Below, in pieces: positions 11,013-23,005 of a stretch of 64,000 bases of DNA (position 1 is its first letter; every line of letters begins with the position of its first letter). The notes under the pieces are model-generated. The model saw only the letters and a list, made by a program, of their open reading frames with translations, was not told the origin of the DNA and did not search any database. A program made the translations under genes and the position numbers. Source of the stretch: Adineta vaga (taxonomy: Eukaryota; Animalia; Rotifera); contig CP075496.1 in the NCBI GenBank assembly GCA_021613535.1, forward strand, positions 12,586,001-12,650,000. The letters run 5' to 3'.

Positions 11013-13771
11013 CTATCTCGATGATGAATCCATTCGACGAGTACCACTGTTCGACGAATAAAGTTGAATCCATGCATCGAGTGACTGTTGACACACCTGA
11101 GGACGTTTTCCTAAAGAATAATATTATATGATAATTGTTCTTTCAATAAATATCAAGAAAAAATAATCATTTCCGACTTACCAACTTTTTGTTTAGCTAC
11201 TAATAGACCATTACTTGTAAAACCACAATCGAGCCATTGATGAAGTATTGCTTGTTCATGTCCAATCTACGATGAATATTTCTTATTTTTATCTTTTCAA
11301 TAAAATTAATTTTCATACTTCAGATGATGTAAGAAAATGAACGGGTAAAAGATTTCCATCACAATCCATCAATGGATGATAGAAAATTTGTTGATCATTA
11401 TTATCATTTTGTGGTTGAGTTATTAATGAAGATGATGATGACGATGGTGGACGTTGTTGAGTATCATTATCATGATTGAGAATTAAAGGTGATGATGAAC
11501 GTGATGATGATGAAGACGAGATATTAATACGTTCTTGCATAGGTACAAGAGCTGAAAAATGATTTCGAGTAAAACCGAGACATATCGGTGATTTTGAACA
11601 AAAATTCGTTTCCCAAAGTAATGGTAAATAGACACCTTGAAATCGAGCAAGACCAATAAAATATTCTCCACGATAGGATTTAACATTCGTTACACCATAG
11701 ACAATGATTGGTCGACGAAGTATATGTGACAATGCGAATATATGTGCATGTCCTAGACTTTCACCAGGTTGATTTGCAAATGTTAATACATCATTCCAAT
11801 CACTACGTAATTGATGTTCATCTTGTCGATATTGTTGTTTTTCAGCTACTAATCGTTCATATTCACTCCATCTTTCGAAAAATCTATTTCAATAAAAACA
11901 AAAATTAGAAAAAGAAACAAAGCTTCTATCGTTTGTCTTACTTATTTGAACCATTTTGTAGACATTCAGCCATGGCTCGACGTAATGTATTCTCTGTATC
12001 CCATACCCCTAGACAAACTTGTAGAACACTATCTAATAAACAATCACCATTCTTTCGATTCCATAATGCATATAAACGAGAATGAAATCGAGTGGTTACT
12101 TCACTATTCCAATTAATAATTCGATTGTCAATTTCAAGTTCTAGAAACAAAAAATAAAGGTAATAATAGAATTCAGTATGAATAATTATACCTTGTTGAA
12201 CTTGTTGATCAAGAATATCATCAAATATTTGTTGTTGTGTTCGATGAGAAAAATCACGAATTTCTAAATAAATGATGTTCAAACAGATTTATTTCTTTGA
12301 GAAAAGCTCACCTGCTGGTAGTACAGCTGTAAACCATTCTGTTAAAAAATAGGATTGAAAATCAGTAATTTTCTTTAATTTTAAGTGACTATGAAAAAAA
12401 TGTTGAATCATTCCATTAATTCGATTACAAATATTTGCTGGCACACGTCGTGGATGTGGAAGTTTCTTTTGTTGTCTCATTAATTGTTGAAATGCACTTT
12501 CAAATTTACAAAATTGTTCTATTTGTCCAGTTATATTTGCTAAATTTTTCAATGTACGTCCAACAAGATCAATTGATGAGAGATATGAACAACTAAGAAA
12601 TTGACTATCTTCAATAGTAATCTGTCGTGTTGGATCTCCACCACAAATTAAATATTCAAATACAATTGTTAATGAACCATGATCAAGTAATGTTTGACAA
12701 GCTTTTAACCACAAACGATCTGATGATGTTGAGGAAGTTTTTTTTTGATTTGATATAATACGTTTGTCTCCACTAAGACGATTATGTTTACTTTCTTTAT
12801 TAGATATTCTTTCAACATTGATATTTTCCATTGATTTATTAATAGCATTCATACGTTGTTCTTCATGAGTACCGATTAATATCGATGAACATGTGGATGA
12901 TGATGTTGATGTTGATGAACATGTCGGTGGTGTTGGAATAGGTGGATTTAAATTATTATTAGTATTATTATTATAACGTGAATTTCCACATGATATACAT
13001 TTTTTTGTTGCTGGATAATCTATAATAAATCAAATAATTTATATAAACGAAAGACAATCGAAGAAAAGAAGAAAAGAAATCTATCCTTTGTTGTTTACAT
13101 GACCTTGATCTTTAAGAGTTCGACGTGTTTTTATTGGCAAGGACGTTTTTTTATTCTATTAGATTATCTATTATTTTCTCATTTAATGGAGATTTCCAAG
13201 TTTGAATTATGAATAAAATGAAAATGGAATTCTTACTATCAGTTGTACATCGACTACAAGTCCATTTTCTTAAACGTTGAGCAATACGACGTGAATCAGT
13301 TATTGATGGTGGTGGTGAAATTCGTTCATTTATATTCGTATCGATAGATGGTTGAACAGGTGATACACGTGATATAGCAATTAAACGATATGATCCACAT
13401 TGAGTACAACGTACTGCTCGTGGATAATTAAGAAATGTACATTGATCACATGGCCATTTTTCAACTGAATCAATATATGTTGCTGGTATTTGTTGTTGAG
13501 CTTGTTCTTGTTGGGTATTCGATTCAGATGATGCATTTAATTGATAAATATCCGCTGAAGCTGCATTTATTGTTGATATTTTTGCTTGTCGACACATGGT
13601 ACATTTTTGTGCTACAGCAAAGTTTAAATATGTACATACTGAACAAACCCATTTATCTTCAATTATAGGCGTTGTTGCCATTGTATTCGAAGAATTTTTC
13701 TCCAAATCTTCATTTCGATGTTCAAAATCATCGATGGACGAATCGTCATCATCATCAATTGGATTATTCAT
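11013..13771 (-). CDS. ZRANB1: Ubiquitin thioesterase ZRANB1/TRABID (3 NZF fingers, AnkUBD, OTU domain)
   Basis: NZF fingers WVCSVCTYLN..KCTMC, WPCDQCTFLN..RCTQC and WTCSRCTTDN..KCISC. AnkUBD-like YLICGGDPTRQIT..VGRTL. OTU catalytic motifs RLYALWNRKNGDCLLDS, HILRRPIIVYGV, GVYLPLLWE and NHFSALVPM. Stop TAG at 11013-11015. Confidence 0.95.
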
Positions 13772-14532
13772 CTGATAAAAACAAGAAAAAAACAAAACAT
13801 CACGTTAGTAAACAGGTAAATATATCAATCAATTAAATAAATATATTTATATATATATATCTTGATAGATATATAAATATATTTTCATTTATTTACTGTG
13901 AATATATTTGTTGTTATTGTTCCAATATGAACATTGATACCAATAAAAACAATTGCTCATCGAAATTGAAAATTGAACAATAGAAACAAAAAATATATAT
14001 ATGTAAGTTTTTATTTTTATTTTCTAACGATTTGAGAATAAATATCTAAAAATAATCAATAAATTTTATTTTCTTGAATGTAATTCAAACCAATGATGAC
14101 GGCAACAGAAAAGTCACCTGCTTTCCTTCGTGCCTCGCTCGTTCTTGCAGCTACGTCTTCCTTTTCTTCCTGTTGCTTTTTCTTGCTCTGCGTCTATTTG
14201 TCTGCTTGGTTACTACGAATGAATATAATCAACCAATCGAATTCATCAACAAATCCTCTACAGATATATTATGCGAAAAAATAACTTTTTTCGTTCAAAA
14301 GAAAAACTATATTCTCAAGTATTTGAAATAAAAATTGCTCGTGTTTTCTTCATAATTAACAATGATTTTTAAGTTTTTTGTTGTTTTTTTTAACTGTTTC
14401 TTTTCTTTTTATAACAGATCAATACAAAACACACACATTAACAAAAACAAACGTAACATGTACGATTGATGATGATGTGACTTTGTTTGATGGAAATAAA
14501 CCGATGACTTTTTTTTGCGTTTTTCATTTATT

Positions 14533-14951
14533 TTAATCGAATAAACCAAAACCCTAAAAAAACAAAACAAATCAAATTTAAATAGATGAATTTCATTTCT
14601 ATTAAAACTACAAACCATATCATCTCCTTCTTCATCCGATTCTTCTTTTTTCTTTTCTTCTTTCTTCGCTTCTTCTTTAGCACCACCTTTCTTAGCATCA
14701 CCTGCAGCTGCAGCTGGTGCACTGGCAGGTGCAGCAGCAGCACCACCACCAGTTGGTAAAGCTGAAAGTTTCTTTGTACCTTCGGCGATGATTTGTTCAA
14801 GATCTTTTCCTTTGCATGCATCGATTACTTTTTGTGCTTTGGTTTTGTCACAATCGATACCAACACTGCCGAGAATTTGCGATACAGTTGCAACATCGGG
14901 AGTGGCATTACCAGCAAGTACGGCTAAAACGTAGGCAGCAGCGTAACGCAT
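14533..14951 (-). CDS. RPLP2: 60S acidic ribosomal protein P2 (exons 14951-14616, 14553-14533)
   Basis: MRYAAAYVLAVLAGN N-terminus, Ala-rich hinge, and the canonical EESDEEGDDM|GFGLFD* C-terminus after removal of a GT-AG intron. Confidence 0.97.
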
Positions 14952-15080
14952 TTTGATAGAATCGGTAATAAATTAGTTAAGAAACTTCTGAAAAAAGAAA
15001 AGAAACAGAAAGATGTTAAGAAAATTTCGAAATGATAAAATAACTAATAATAAACCAACAGAAGTATTTATCAAACCTCG

Positions 15081-15092
15081 ACGAAAGAGGAT
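15081..15092 (-). promoter_or_regulatory. Putative TCT/5'TOP pyrimidine initiator of RPLP2
   Basis: The minus strand reads TCCTCTTTCG about 135 bp upstream of the RPLP2 ATG, ahead of a probable 5'UTR intron. This fits the TCT initiator typical of ribosomal protein genes. Confidence 0.55.
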
Positions 15093-15145
15093 AACTGATA
15101 TTGCATGATTGCATTAGAATATAAGAAAAAATAAACATACAATTG

Positions 15146-15168
15146 ATTGGTAGAGATTTTCAACCAAT
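15146..15168. promoter_or_regulatory. Inverted pair of CCAAT boxes in the RPLP2 / PP2A-B55 divergent promoter
   Basis: ATTGG at 15146-15150 and CCAAT at 15164-15168, between two head-to-head genes whose ATGs are 460 bp apart. Confidence 0.45.
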
Positions 15169-15410
15169 CTAAAAATGAAGAAATAAGAAGAACATGAAAA
15201 ATTTTGTTTACTTTTATTATTCTCTTCTTTTACCATCGCTCTTATGTCATTTTGATTTCTATCAACTTATTTTGATGGTTTATATGAAATATCAATTAAA
15301 AGTGATTACATTCTAAATTACTTCTTTATCGAACAAGAAAAACAAGGCACACTCTCATTTTTGGTACTTTTTAATAATCCTTCAAGCTGGATAATCCACC
15401 TGATGTTGAC

Positions 15411-18283
15411 ATGCAGAGTTAGTTATTTTAATTGAAGCAATTAAAAGAGAAAAAGAGGTAGAAAGTATGTGTGTGTTTATTTCTTTAGATGCCGGTAATG
15501 ATGATGATTTACTCGAATGGTATCCATCACAAGTTAAAGGACCGGTCGATGATGAAGTACAAGAAGGTAGAATATTTTGATTGAATGGAACTTATTGTTC
15601 AAAAAAATGAGAAATCTTTTTTTAGCGGACTTAATATCTACTATTGAATTTAATGAAGATGGAGAATTTCTTGCCGTTGGAGATAAAGGTGGACGAATTG
15701 TGGTATTTCAACGTGAACAACAAGTAAGAAATATTTGTTGGAATAAAGACTTCCGTGATGGGAAAATTTAAACTTTTAGACGAAAACATCACCACGTCGT
15801 AATGAATATAATGTCTATATAACATTTCATTCTCATGAACCTGAATTTGATTATTTGAAAAGTTTGGAAATTGAAGAAAAAATTAATCAAATACGTTGGC
15901 TAAAAAGAAAAAATCAAGCACATTTTCTTCTTTCAACCAATGGTACATTGATCTCTCTTTTCCAACAATTACTATTCGATCTTTTGCTTACATTTAGATA
16001 AAACCGTTAAATTATGGAAAATTTCAGAAAAAACGAAACGAGCTGAAGGTTTTAATTTACGTGATGACAATGGTATAATACATTCAGCCAATCATATAAC
16101 CAATCTACGTATACCAGTGATACGACCGATGGAATTAATGGTTGAAGCAACACCAAAACGTGTCTTTGGCAATGCTCATACATATCATATTAATTCAATA
16201 TCATTAAACAGTGATCAAGAAACATTTCTATCTGCTGATGATTTACGTATTAATTTGTGGCATACAGAAGTAACAGATCAGAGTTTTAGTAAGTCATTTA
16301 AATGTTTTTCTTGCTCTATGAAAGTACATTGAATTAACAAATAATATTTACGTTTGATTTACTCATTCATGCATATATCAACGTTATTTTTGTTTAGAGT
16401 AATCATAGAATAATCGATGTCTAAGTATATATATATATTGAAGACCATTATGACAGAGAATTCAATCTTTTAATTTAAGTATGATGTTAAGAATATCTAA
16501 CATTTAAAATATCGATTGTATTGTAATTCATATGTATATATTCTTGTTTTCAGAAAAAAAGATTTCTATTTTTTTAACCTTGAATTGTTTTTTCAAAATC
16601 ATTCCTAATAAGCAAACATTATTATATCTAATTATCTGAAACATCCTGTCGAGAGTATCTTGAATTTGAACATAATCATCTAATCTTTTTACACATATCT
16701 GTAAATCGAACATCAATATTGTTTGACAATTATATGTTGTTGTAGTACAACGACTACTAACGAAATTCTTTTTAAAGTATAACATAAGATTATGATGATT
16801 TTGTGTTATGACAGTAAAGTCACGGATGAGATAATTGAACGTTTGTGTCCTTCTTTTTTTCTTCTCTTCAATAGTAATTATAAACATCATGGTTTTTCTT
16901 CAAGAAAAATGAAGTTGTCTGCTATCATTTATCCTTTATAATAATGAATGTCAGCATTTTCGCTGATTTAACATGAGAATCTTTAATTAGAGAAGAGATT
17001 GAAGAAAAATGAGGTTTGATTCATGAAAAAGGGAAATCAAGAAAAAGAAACACATATCTCTATTCAATAGAATCATTATTTCGATGATTGCTCATTGTAA
17101 TTCCTTTGAGAATATGCAAGGTGAAACACGAGAAATGCATATCCGGTTTAGTAAGAGAGAAAACACCTGTTGAATACTTTCATCAAAAAACAAAACGATT
17201 TCGTGTCAGAATATAAGGTATGATTGATTATCCTTGAGATTCTTTTTGATTCATTGAACTGGAATTCATCAGTATATCTGTAGTTGTTTCCGGTCGAGAA
17301 AAGAAACCATTGAAATTGTCGATTGTTTTCAAAAGTAGAAATTCATAACAAATAGACTTGTTAAAATTCTACGCGTCATAATTCCTAAAGAAGAATGATA
17401 AATATTTATTAGAATTTCTTTTCAATTAATTCTTTTCTTTATTTAGATATTGTCGACATCAAACCACCAAATATGGAAGATCTTACCGAAGTGATAACTG
17501 GTGCCGAATTTCATCCACGTGAATGTAATATATTTGTATACAGTAGTTCGAGAGGTATTATCCGTCTTTGTGACATGCGACAATCAGCTCTGTGTGATCG
17601 ACATTGCAAAGGTACATAGAAAAGAAAAGAAAAGATTTATGATTTATGTTTTGATTTAGTCTTCGAAGAACCTGAAGATCCAACGACACGAAGTTTCTTT
17701 TCGGAAATTATTTCATCTATAAGTGACATTAAATTCAGTCATTCAGGCAGATATATGCTGACACGAGATTTTCTCAACTTGAAGATTTGGGATTTACAAA
17801 TGGATAATAAACCAGTTGAAACTTATCCAATTCATGAATATCTTCGAACGAAATTATGTGTTTTATATGAAAATGATTGTATTTTTGATAAATTTGAATG
17901 CTGTTGGTCACCTCATGATGAGTAAGTGTTAATTTTGTTTTCTCAAAATAATCCATTGTTTGCTTTTCTGTAGTCATTTACTTACTGGTTCTTATCATAA
18001 TTTATTTAAAATAACATCACGTTCAACACGTAAAGACGCAATATTCGAAGCTTCTCGTGAACAAGCTATTCGACCACGACAATTATTAAAAGCCAAAAAA
18101 GTTCTCCCATCAGCTCGTCGAAATCGTCGTGATGAAATCAATCCGGATAGTTTAGAATTTCCCAAGAAAATTCTTCATTGTGCTTATCATCCTACAGATA
18201 ATATTATAGCAATTGCTACTGCACACAATCTTTTTACATATGTAGCCAAGGATTCATGTCCATCATCATCAGCATCATCCTAG
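15411..18283 (+). CDS. Protein phosphatase 2A regulatory subunit B55 (PPP2R2/twins family)
   Basis: Spliced motifs [126 protein letters not shown]. The first exon is ATGCAGA at 15411. Confidence 0.96.
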
Positions 18284-18787
18284 ACAAATAGACATACTTT
18301 TTTTTCTTCTTTTCTATTCAAATTAGATTATTGAAATGAACAAAACCAACATATATTTCTTCTTTCTTCGTTTGAGCATGTATTTTTTTTCTTCTTCTTC
18401 TTCTTCTCTTTTGTGTGCTTCTTATAAATCATCTTGAATAGCAGGTGAAAAGGAATTAGTCAGTGCATAGGAAAAGTCCTCAAAACTTTATTTATTTTTT
18501 CTTCGAAATGAACGTCTTTATTCTATGTAATATCATTCTCATTATGAAACCTCGGTGATTCAATCTATCCTCTATACTACAATGTCATTTCGTTTTTCTA
18601 TCCTTAAAATGGACCAGTGAGTTTTTTTTCTTCTTCTTTCGTTCTAACATCATTCTTTTTCTTTTCTAATATACACACATATACCATTCCATCTTGAAAA
18701 ATGTAATATGTGTCTATATAGTACTTATCTAACTTGTTCCCTTTTTGCTTCGTGTTGTTATTCTCAAAGAAAGGCATGTCTCTATTC

Positions 18788-18810
18788 TGTGTGTGTGTGT
18801 GTGTGTGTGT
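18788..18810. repeat. (TG)n microsatellite
   Basis: Perfect tgtgtg run upstream of the FAD synthase CDS. Confidence 0.9.
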
Positions 18811-19038
18811 ACGCGTAGTTTTTTTTATCACTCGACTTTTTTTCCTTACCATCGAATCAAAAAAACAAAGCAACAAACAAGAATGATTGTAACTGTCTAT
18901 TGTCTCTCTCTCTCTCTCTTTCTTTTTTTTCTTCATTCATCTGTCAGAAACTTTCAAAGAAAAACAACAAACAATAAAAAAAACCAAAGTTTTGAGAATT
19001 CATACATATTTACTTTCTATTTTCTTGTAGTACCTATT

Positions 19039-19728
19039 ATGACAGTTGACTATCTGCAATTAATAACGGATACAGAATTAAATGCTAAAATTCGTCATTC
19101 ATTCGATGTACTTGAGCAATGTTTAACGAAATATACACCTGATCAAATTGCAGTTGCATTCAACGGTGGAAAAGATTGTACGGTTGTTCTTCATCAATAT
19201 TCATTAGTATTACGGAAAAAATACGCACATTTAAATAAGAAACCGACTTTACGAGCTTTATTCATACATAACAAACCACAGTTTGATGAAGTTTTACAAT
19301 TTATTAATAAATGTGAACAAAATTATGAAATTGATTTGATTGAAATTAATGGTTGGATTAAAGATGCATTGTTTCAATTGAAATCTTCTCATCCGGAAAT
19401 ACAATGTATTATTATGGGATCACGTTTAACTGATCCGCACTCATCAAATTTAAATGATTTTTCATTGACAGATCCAACTTGGCCTGAATATATGAGATGT
19501 AATCCAATATTGAATTATTCTTGTAAAAATATTTGGACATTTTTAAGAACTTTTAATGTTTCTTATTGTCCATTGTATGACAAAGGTTATACATCTTTAG
19601 GTGATAAAGAAAGAACAATTCCAAATGCAAATTTACAATATTATAATAGTGCTACAGGTTTAGTTGAATATAAACCCGCTCATTCATTAGATGATGAAAC
19701 CAGTGAACGATATGGCCGAGAACAATAA
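19039..19728 (+). CDS. FLAD1: FAD synthase (FMN adenylyltransferase, PAPS-reductase fold only; FLAD1/FAD1 family)
   Basis: AFNGGKDC PP-loop, GSRLTDP, TDPTWPEYMRCNPI, YCPLYDKGYTSLG, ERYGR. The start is placed at MTVDYLQ (19039), just after a TTCTTGTAG acceptor. The upstream in-frame extension is simple-repeat sequence. Confidence 0.9.
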   Translation: MTVDYLQLITDTELNAKIRHSFDVLEQCLTKYTPDQIAVAFNGGKDCTVVLHQYSLVLRKKYAHLNKKPTLRALFIHNKPQFDEVLQFINKCEQNYEIDLIEINGWIKDALFQLKSSHPEIQCIIMGSRLTDPHSSNLNDFSLTDPTWPEYMRCNPILNYSCKNIWTFLRTFNVSYCPLYDKGYTSLGDKERTIPNANLQYYNSATGLVEYKPAHSLDDETSERYGREQ

Positions 19729-20627
19729 ATCAAAATACACAGCAAAAGCACGAAACATTTTTATTTTATTCTATTTTTAGGTATTTAATTTATTGTTCTA
19801 GTTTAATGAATCTTTTTTTGTTGAACATATTATAAAAAATAATATGATCATCAATAAATTAATCATGTCAAATGTCAAACTACCTAGAGAAATGAAAGTG
19901 CAGCAAGTGAGAAAGTGTCATATTTTATTATATGAGATATCTTCTGATATGAAAGGGTACATATAAAGCAATTTTGTCAAATTCAATACTCTTTCTATAG
20001 TAAAATCAATCATGTAAACTAAAGATGTTTTGAAATCACAATATTTCGTCAACTAAACATGATTATTGTGTTTTTTTTTATTTCGAGCTTTTGAATACAT
20101 GATGTTAGAGTCTTGAAAGGTCATTTGGCAGCAGTCCATATTATAGTTTAAGATCAAACAAGAACAACAAATTTTGTAAAGTAGATCATTGAAATTTAAT
20201 ACTTTTTGCAGTCAGTAATAAAAGCAGCAAATACAAGAATTGTAATATCAAAATGTCCGACATCAACTGCTAATACCATTCGTATAGCTAGGATGAGCGT
20301 GGTTATCTCTTTTTTGCCCTCATCCACATCCTTTCTTTTTTCAATATCAAATTCATTCAAAATCGTTTTATCACCACAACTTTCGGGATCAATTTAATAT
20401 CTCTATAGGAAGTAATAACTGAATCGTTAACACGTACAAATCTGTCTCCTACAAGCTAAAAGAAAAAGTGAAATTCCATTCATCATACACACAAATTATA
20501 ACCTAAACATTTGAACAAGAGCGCCTATGAAAACAATAGAAGACAGAAAAAAGAAAAAACACTGTTTCGTTGTTTGAAAAGAAAAAGAAAGAAACAAAAA
20601 TCAATCATCTATAATCGAAAGACTCGA

Positions 20628-22215
20628 TCACATTGGCACAGGTATTAATTCATTTCTTGAAGAAGAAGATTCTGATGTTGAATGAGTTTGTGTTTTGACT
20701 TGACGATGAATGACCATAAGTGTGAATAATAATGGTAAATATATCAGACTATAACGAAAAAGTTTTCTTGATGATTGTGCATCACGTTGACGATAGAATT
20801 TGTAAGAAAGATAGATTAAATAACCATTGACAGGTAATGTATCCAAAGCAAATAACCATGTCGTCATATCAATCGCTGGTGCAATTAATGAACAAGAAAG
20901 AAGTATCATTATTGAATAACGAAGTGATGTTACTAGACATAATCGTTCATGCGATACACACATCATTTTATAACCAGCACGATCATATTCACGTCTGATA
21001 TTCCAACTTAAAGAATTAAAATGTGGAAATTGCCATGCATAGAGTATGAAAGCAAGTAGAAGAGCACCTAGAAACAAATCATGTTGAAAGAAAAAAAAAA
21101 CTAGTAAATTTTATATTCACCTGAATCTATTGAACCAGTACATGCTGTCCAACCCATAACAGGCGGTATTGCTCCAACAATAGATCCTAGCCATGTATTG
21201 ATAATATGTTTGCGTTTCATCGGTGTATAAACACAGGTGTAAAGTAAAAAATTTGATAATCCAAGTAGACCAGTCAATGTATTACAACCTAATGTAAGAA
21301 GAGTTACACCTGAGATCAATGTTACAGTAGCAAAACCAATGGCATGTCGATAACTAAATAGATAAACAACAAAAGATAATCATTTTGAAGAGAAGAATTT
21401 GAGGAAACTCTGTACCTCATTTGACCAAGAACAAGAACACGATTTCGTGTACGTTTCATTTGTGCATCATATGGAATTTCCATCAATTGATTGATTGTGT
21501 TCGCTGAAGCTGATGTTAAAATAGTTCCAAGTGTTACGCATGCAAGCAATGGGATAGAAACTGGTAGAGGTGCAACAACAAAACCGTAAGCAGCAGTAGA
21601 AGCGACAAGAACTAAAGAAAAGTCATAGATTCATTAATAAAAACAAGTAAATACAGTTTTTTTTCTCATACTAGTGAGATTCTTCTTTGACAATCTTGTG
21701 TAATAATCACATAATTGTCTTATTGATACATGAGCATTTTTATTCAAATCTGTTGGAAGTATAGCAACTTCTTGTTCAGTTTCTTTGAATGTGTGTTTTG
21801 CTTCAACATCATCAGTTTTTATCGGCGGATCACAAAAGGGTTGCGATGCAGTCGATGCTGTTGTTGCTGGCGATGTTGTTGATGATGTAAGATCAATAAA
21901 ATTTTTTTCATTTTGTTTCAAAGTTGACGTAGAACTAGCAATCCATTCATCAGAATTTGTTACTTCAGATATTTTTGGACGTGGAACAGAAGCATATTTT
22001 CGACAAAAGACTAGCGATGTCTAAAAAATCAACAAAACAATTGATTAACTCAATATGATTTCGTTCAAATTATTTACAATAGGTGATGATCGAATAATCG
22101 ATGAAGATTGTCGAGAAAAATTTGATGAAAATAAATGAAGAGATTGCGTGCCAATACAATGAATTGTTAGACCATATCGAGGAGCAGCAATACAAGAGAA
22201 TAATAGACGATTCAT
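20628..22215 (-). CDS. COX10: Protoheme IX farnesyltransferase, mitochondrial (heme O synthase)
   Basis: Transit-peptide-like MNRLLFSC.., then [97 protein letters not shown] across short introns. Confidence 0.95.
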
Positions 22216-22326
22216 TCTGAAATTTAGCACATCTAGACACAAGAAAACATCTGACAAAGTGCTTGATTATAATTTAACAAAAAAAAGAACGAAATATAAA
22301 ACAAGAAGACTTTTCTTTTACTATCA

Positions 22327-22563
22327 TTATTCATCATCGAGTAAGGTTAATGCATCTGGTTTATGTGCTGCTTCTGCGCCTGTTTTGTCACTTTTGACAA
22401 GATATTGTGGATCATCTTTGGATGCTTTGACATGATGATCTTTAATTTGTGTCTCTGATGTTAATTTTTTAATAACAACACCTTCAATTGGACCATTCAA
22501 TGAATTCCATTGCACTTTATCACCCTTTTGAAATTCATCTGTCGATACTTTACTAGTTGGCAT
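22327..22563 (-). CDS. DUF2945 / HVA1-like (hypervirulence-associated Tudor-like) small protein, bacterial type
   Basis: Intronless 78-aa ORF: FQKGDKVQWNS..G.IEGVVIKKLTSETQIKDHHVKASKDDPQYLVKSDKTGAEAAHKPDAL, matching the recalled DUF2945 consensus (GD.V.W....G...G.V......IKG..V.AS.D.P.Y.V.SDKTG..A.HKP.AL). Confidence 0.88.
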   Translation of the reverse strand: MPTSKVSTDEFQKGDKVQWNSLNGPIEGVVIKKLTSETQIKDHHVKASKDDPQYLVKSDKTGAEAAHKPDALTLLDDE

Positions 22564-23005
22564 AATGATTAGATTTCACAAAAGTAGAATGTTCAATAAA
22601 AGTTCAAGATAAAGAATTATTCTTTGATTTTCGTTGTTGTTTTTTCTGTGATCAACTCGATATAGACTAAGAAATCTTTATTCTTTCTTTCATTTCATTG
22701 GTTATTTACTATAGTAAAGAATGGATTTCATATGCTAGAATCCATTTGTAGCTGACTAATAATGACATCTATGAAAAAATCAAAATACTACTTTTCGACG
22801 AAATCATCACATGTATAGTTTAGTTAATAGATCGATTAAATAAAAATCGAAACTATTATTTATAATATCTGTTCAAAGCATATATAAAAAAAGAAACGAA
22901 AGATTATTACATGTACACTATATTTAGAATAGATATAGTAGCACAAAAAAGCACGAAGAAAAGTTGGCATATCATCATCGATATAATCTTTGAAATTCAT
23001 TGTTT

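Noticed and set aside
14409-14615. 180-aa RPLP2 with a long C-terminal extension as in the ORF track
   Set aside because: This is read-through into an intron. Splicing restores the canonical DDMGFGLFD end.
18745-19038. N-terminal ~98-aa extension of FAD synthase
   Set aside because: It starts at a non-ATG codon, consists of TG/CT/A-run simple repeats, and has a splice acceptor just before the real ATG.
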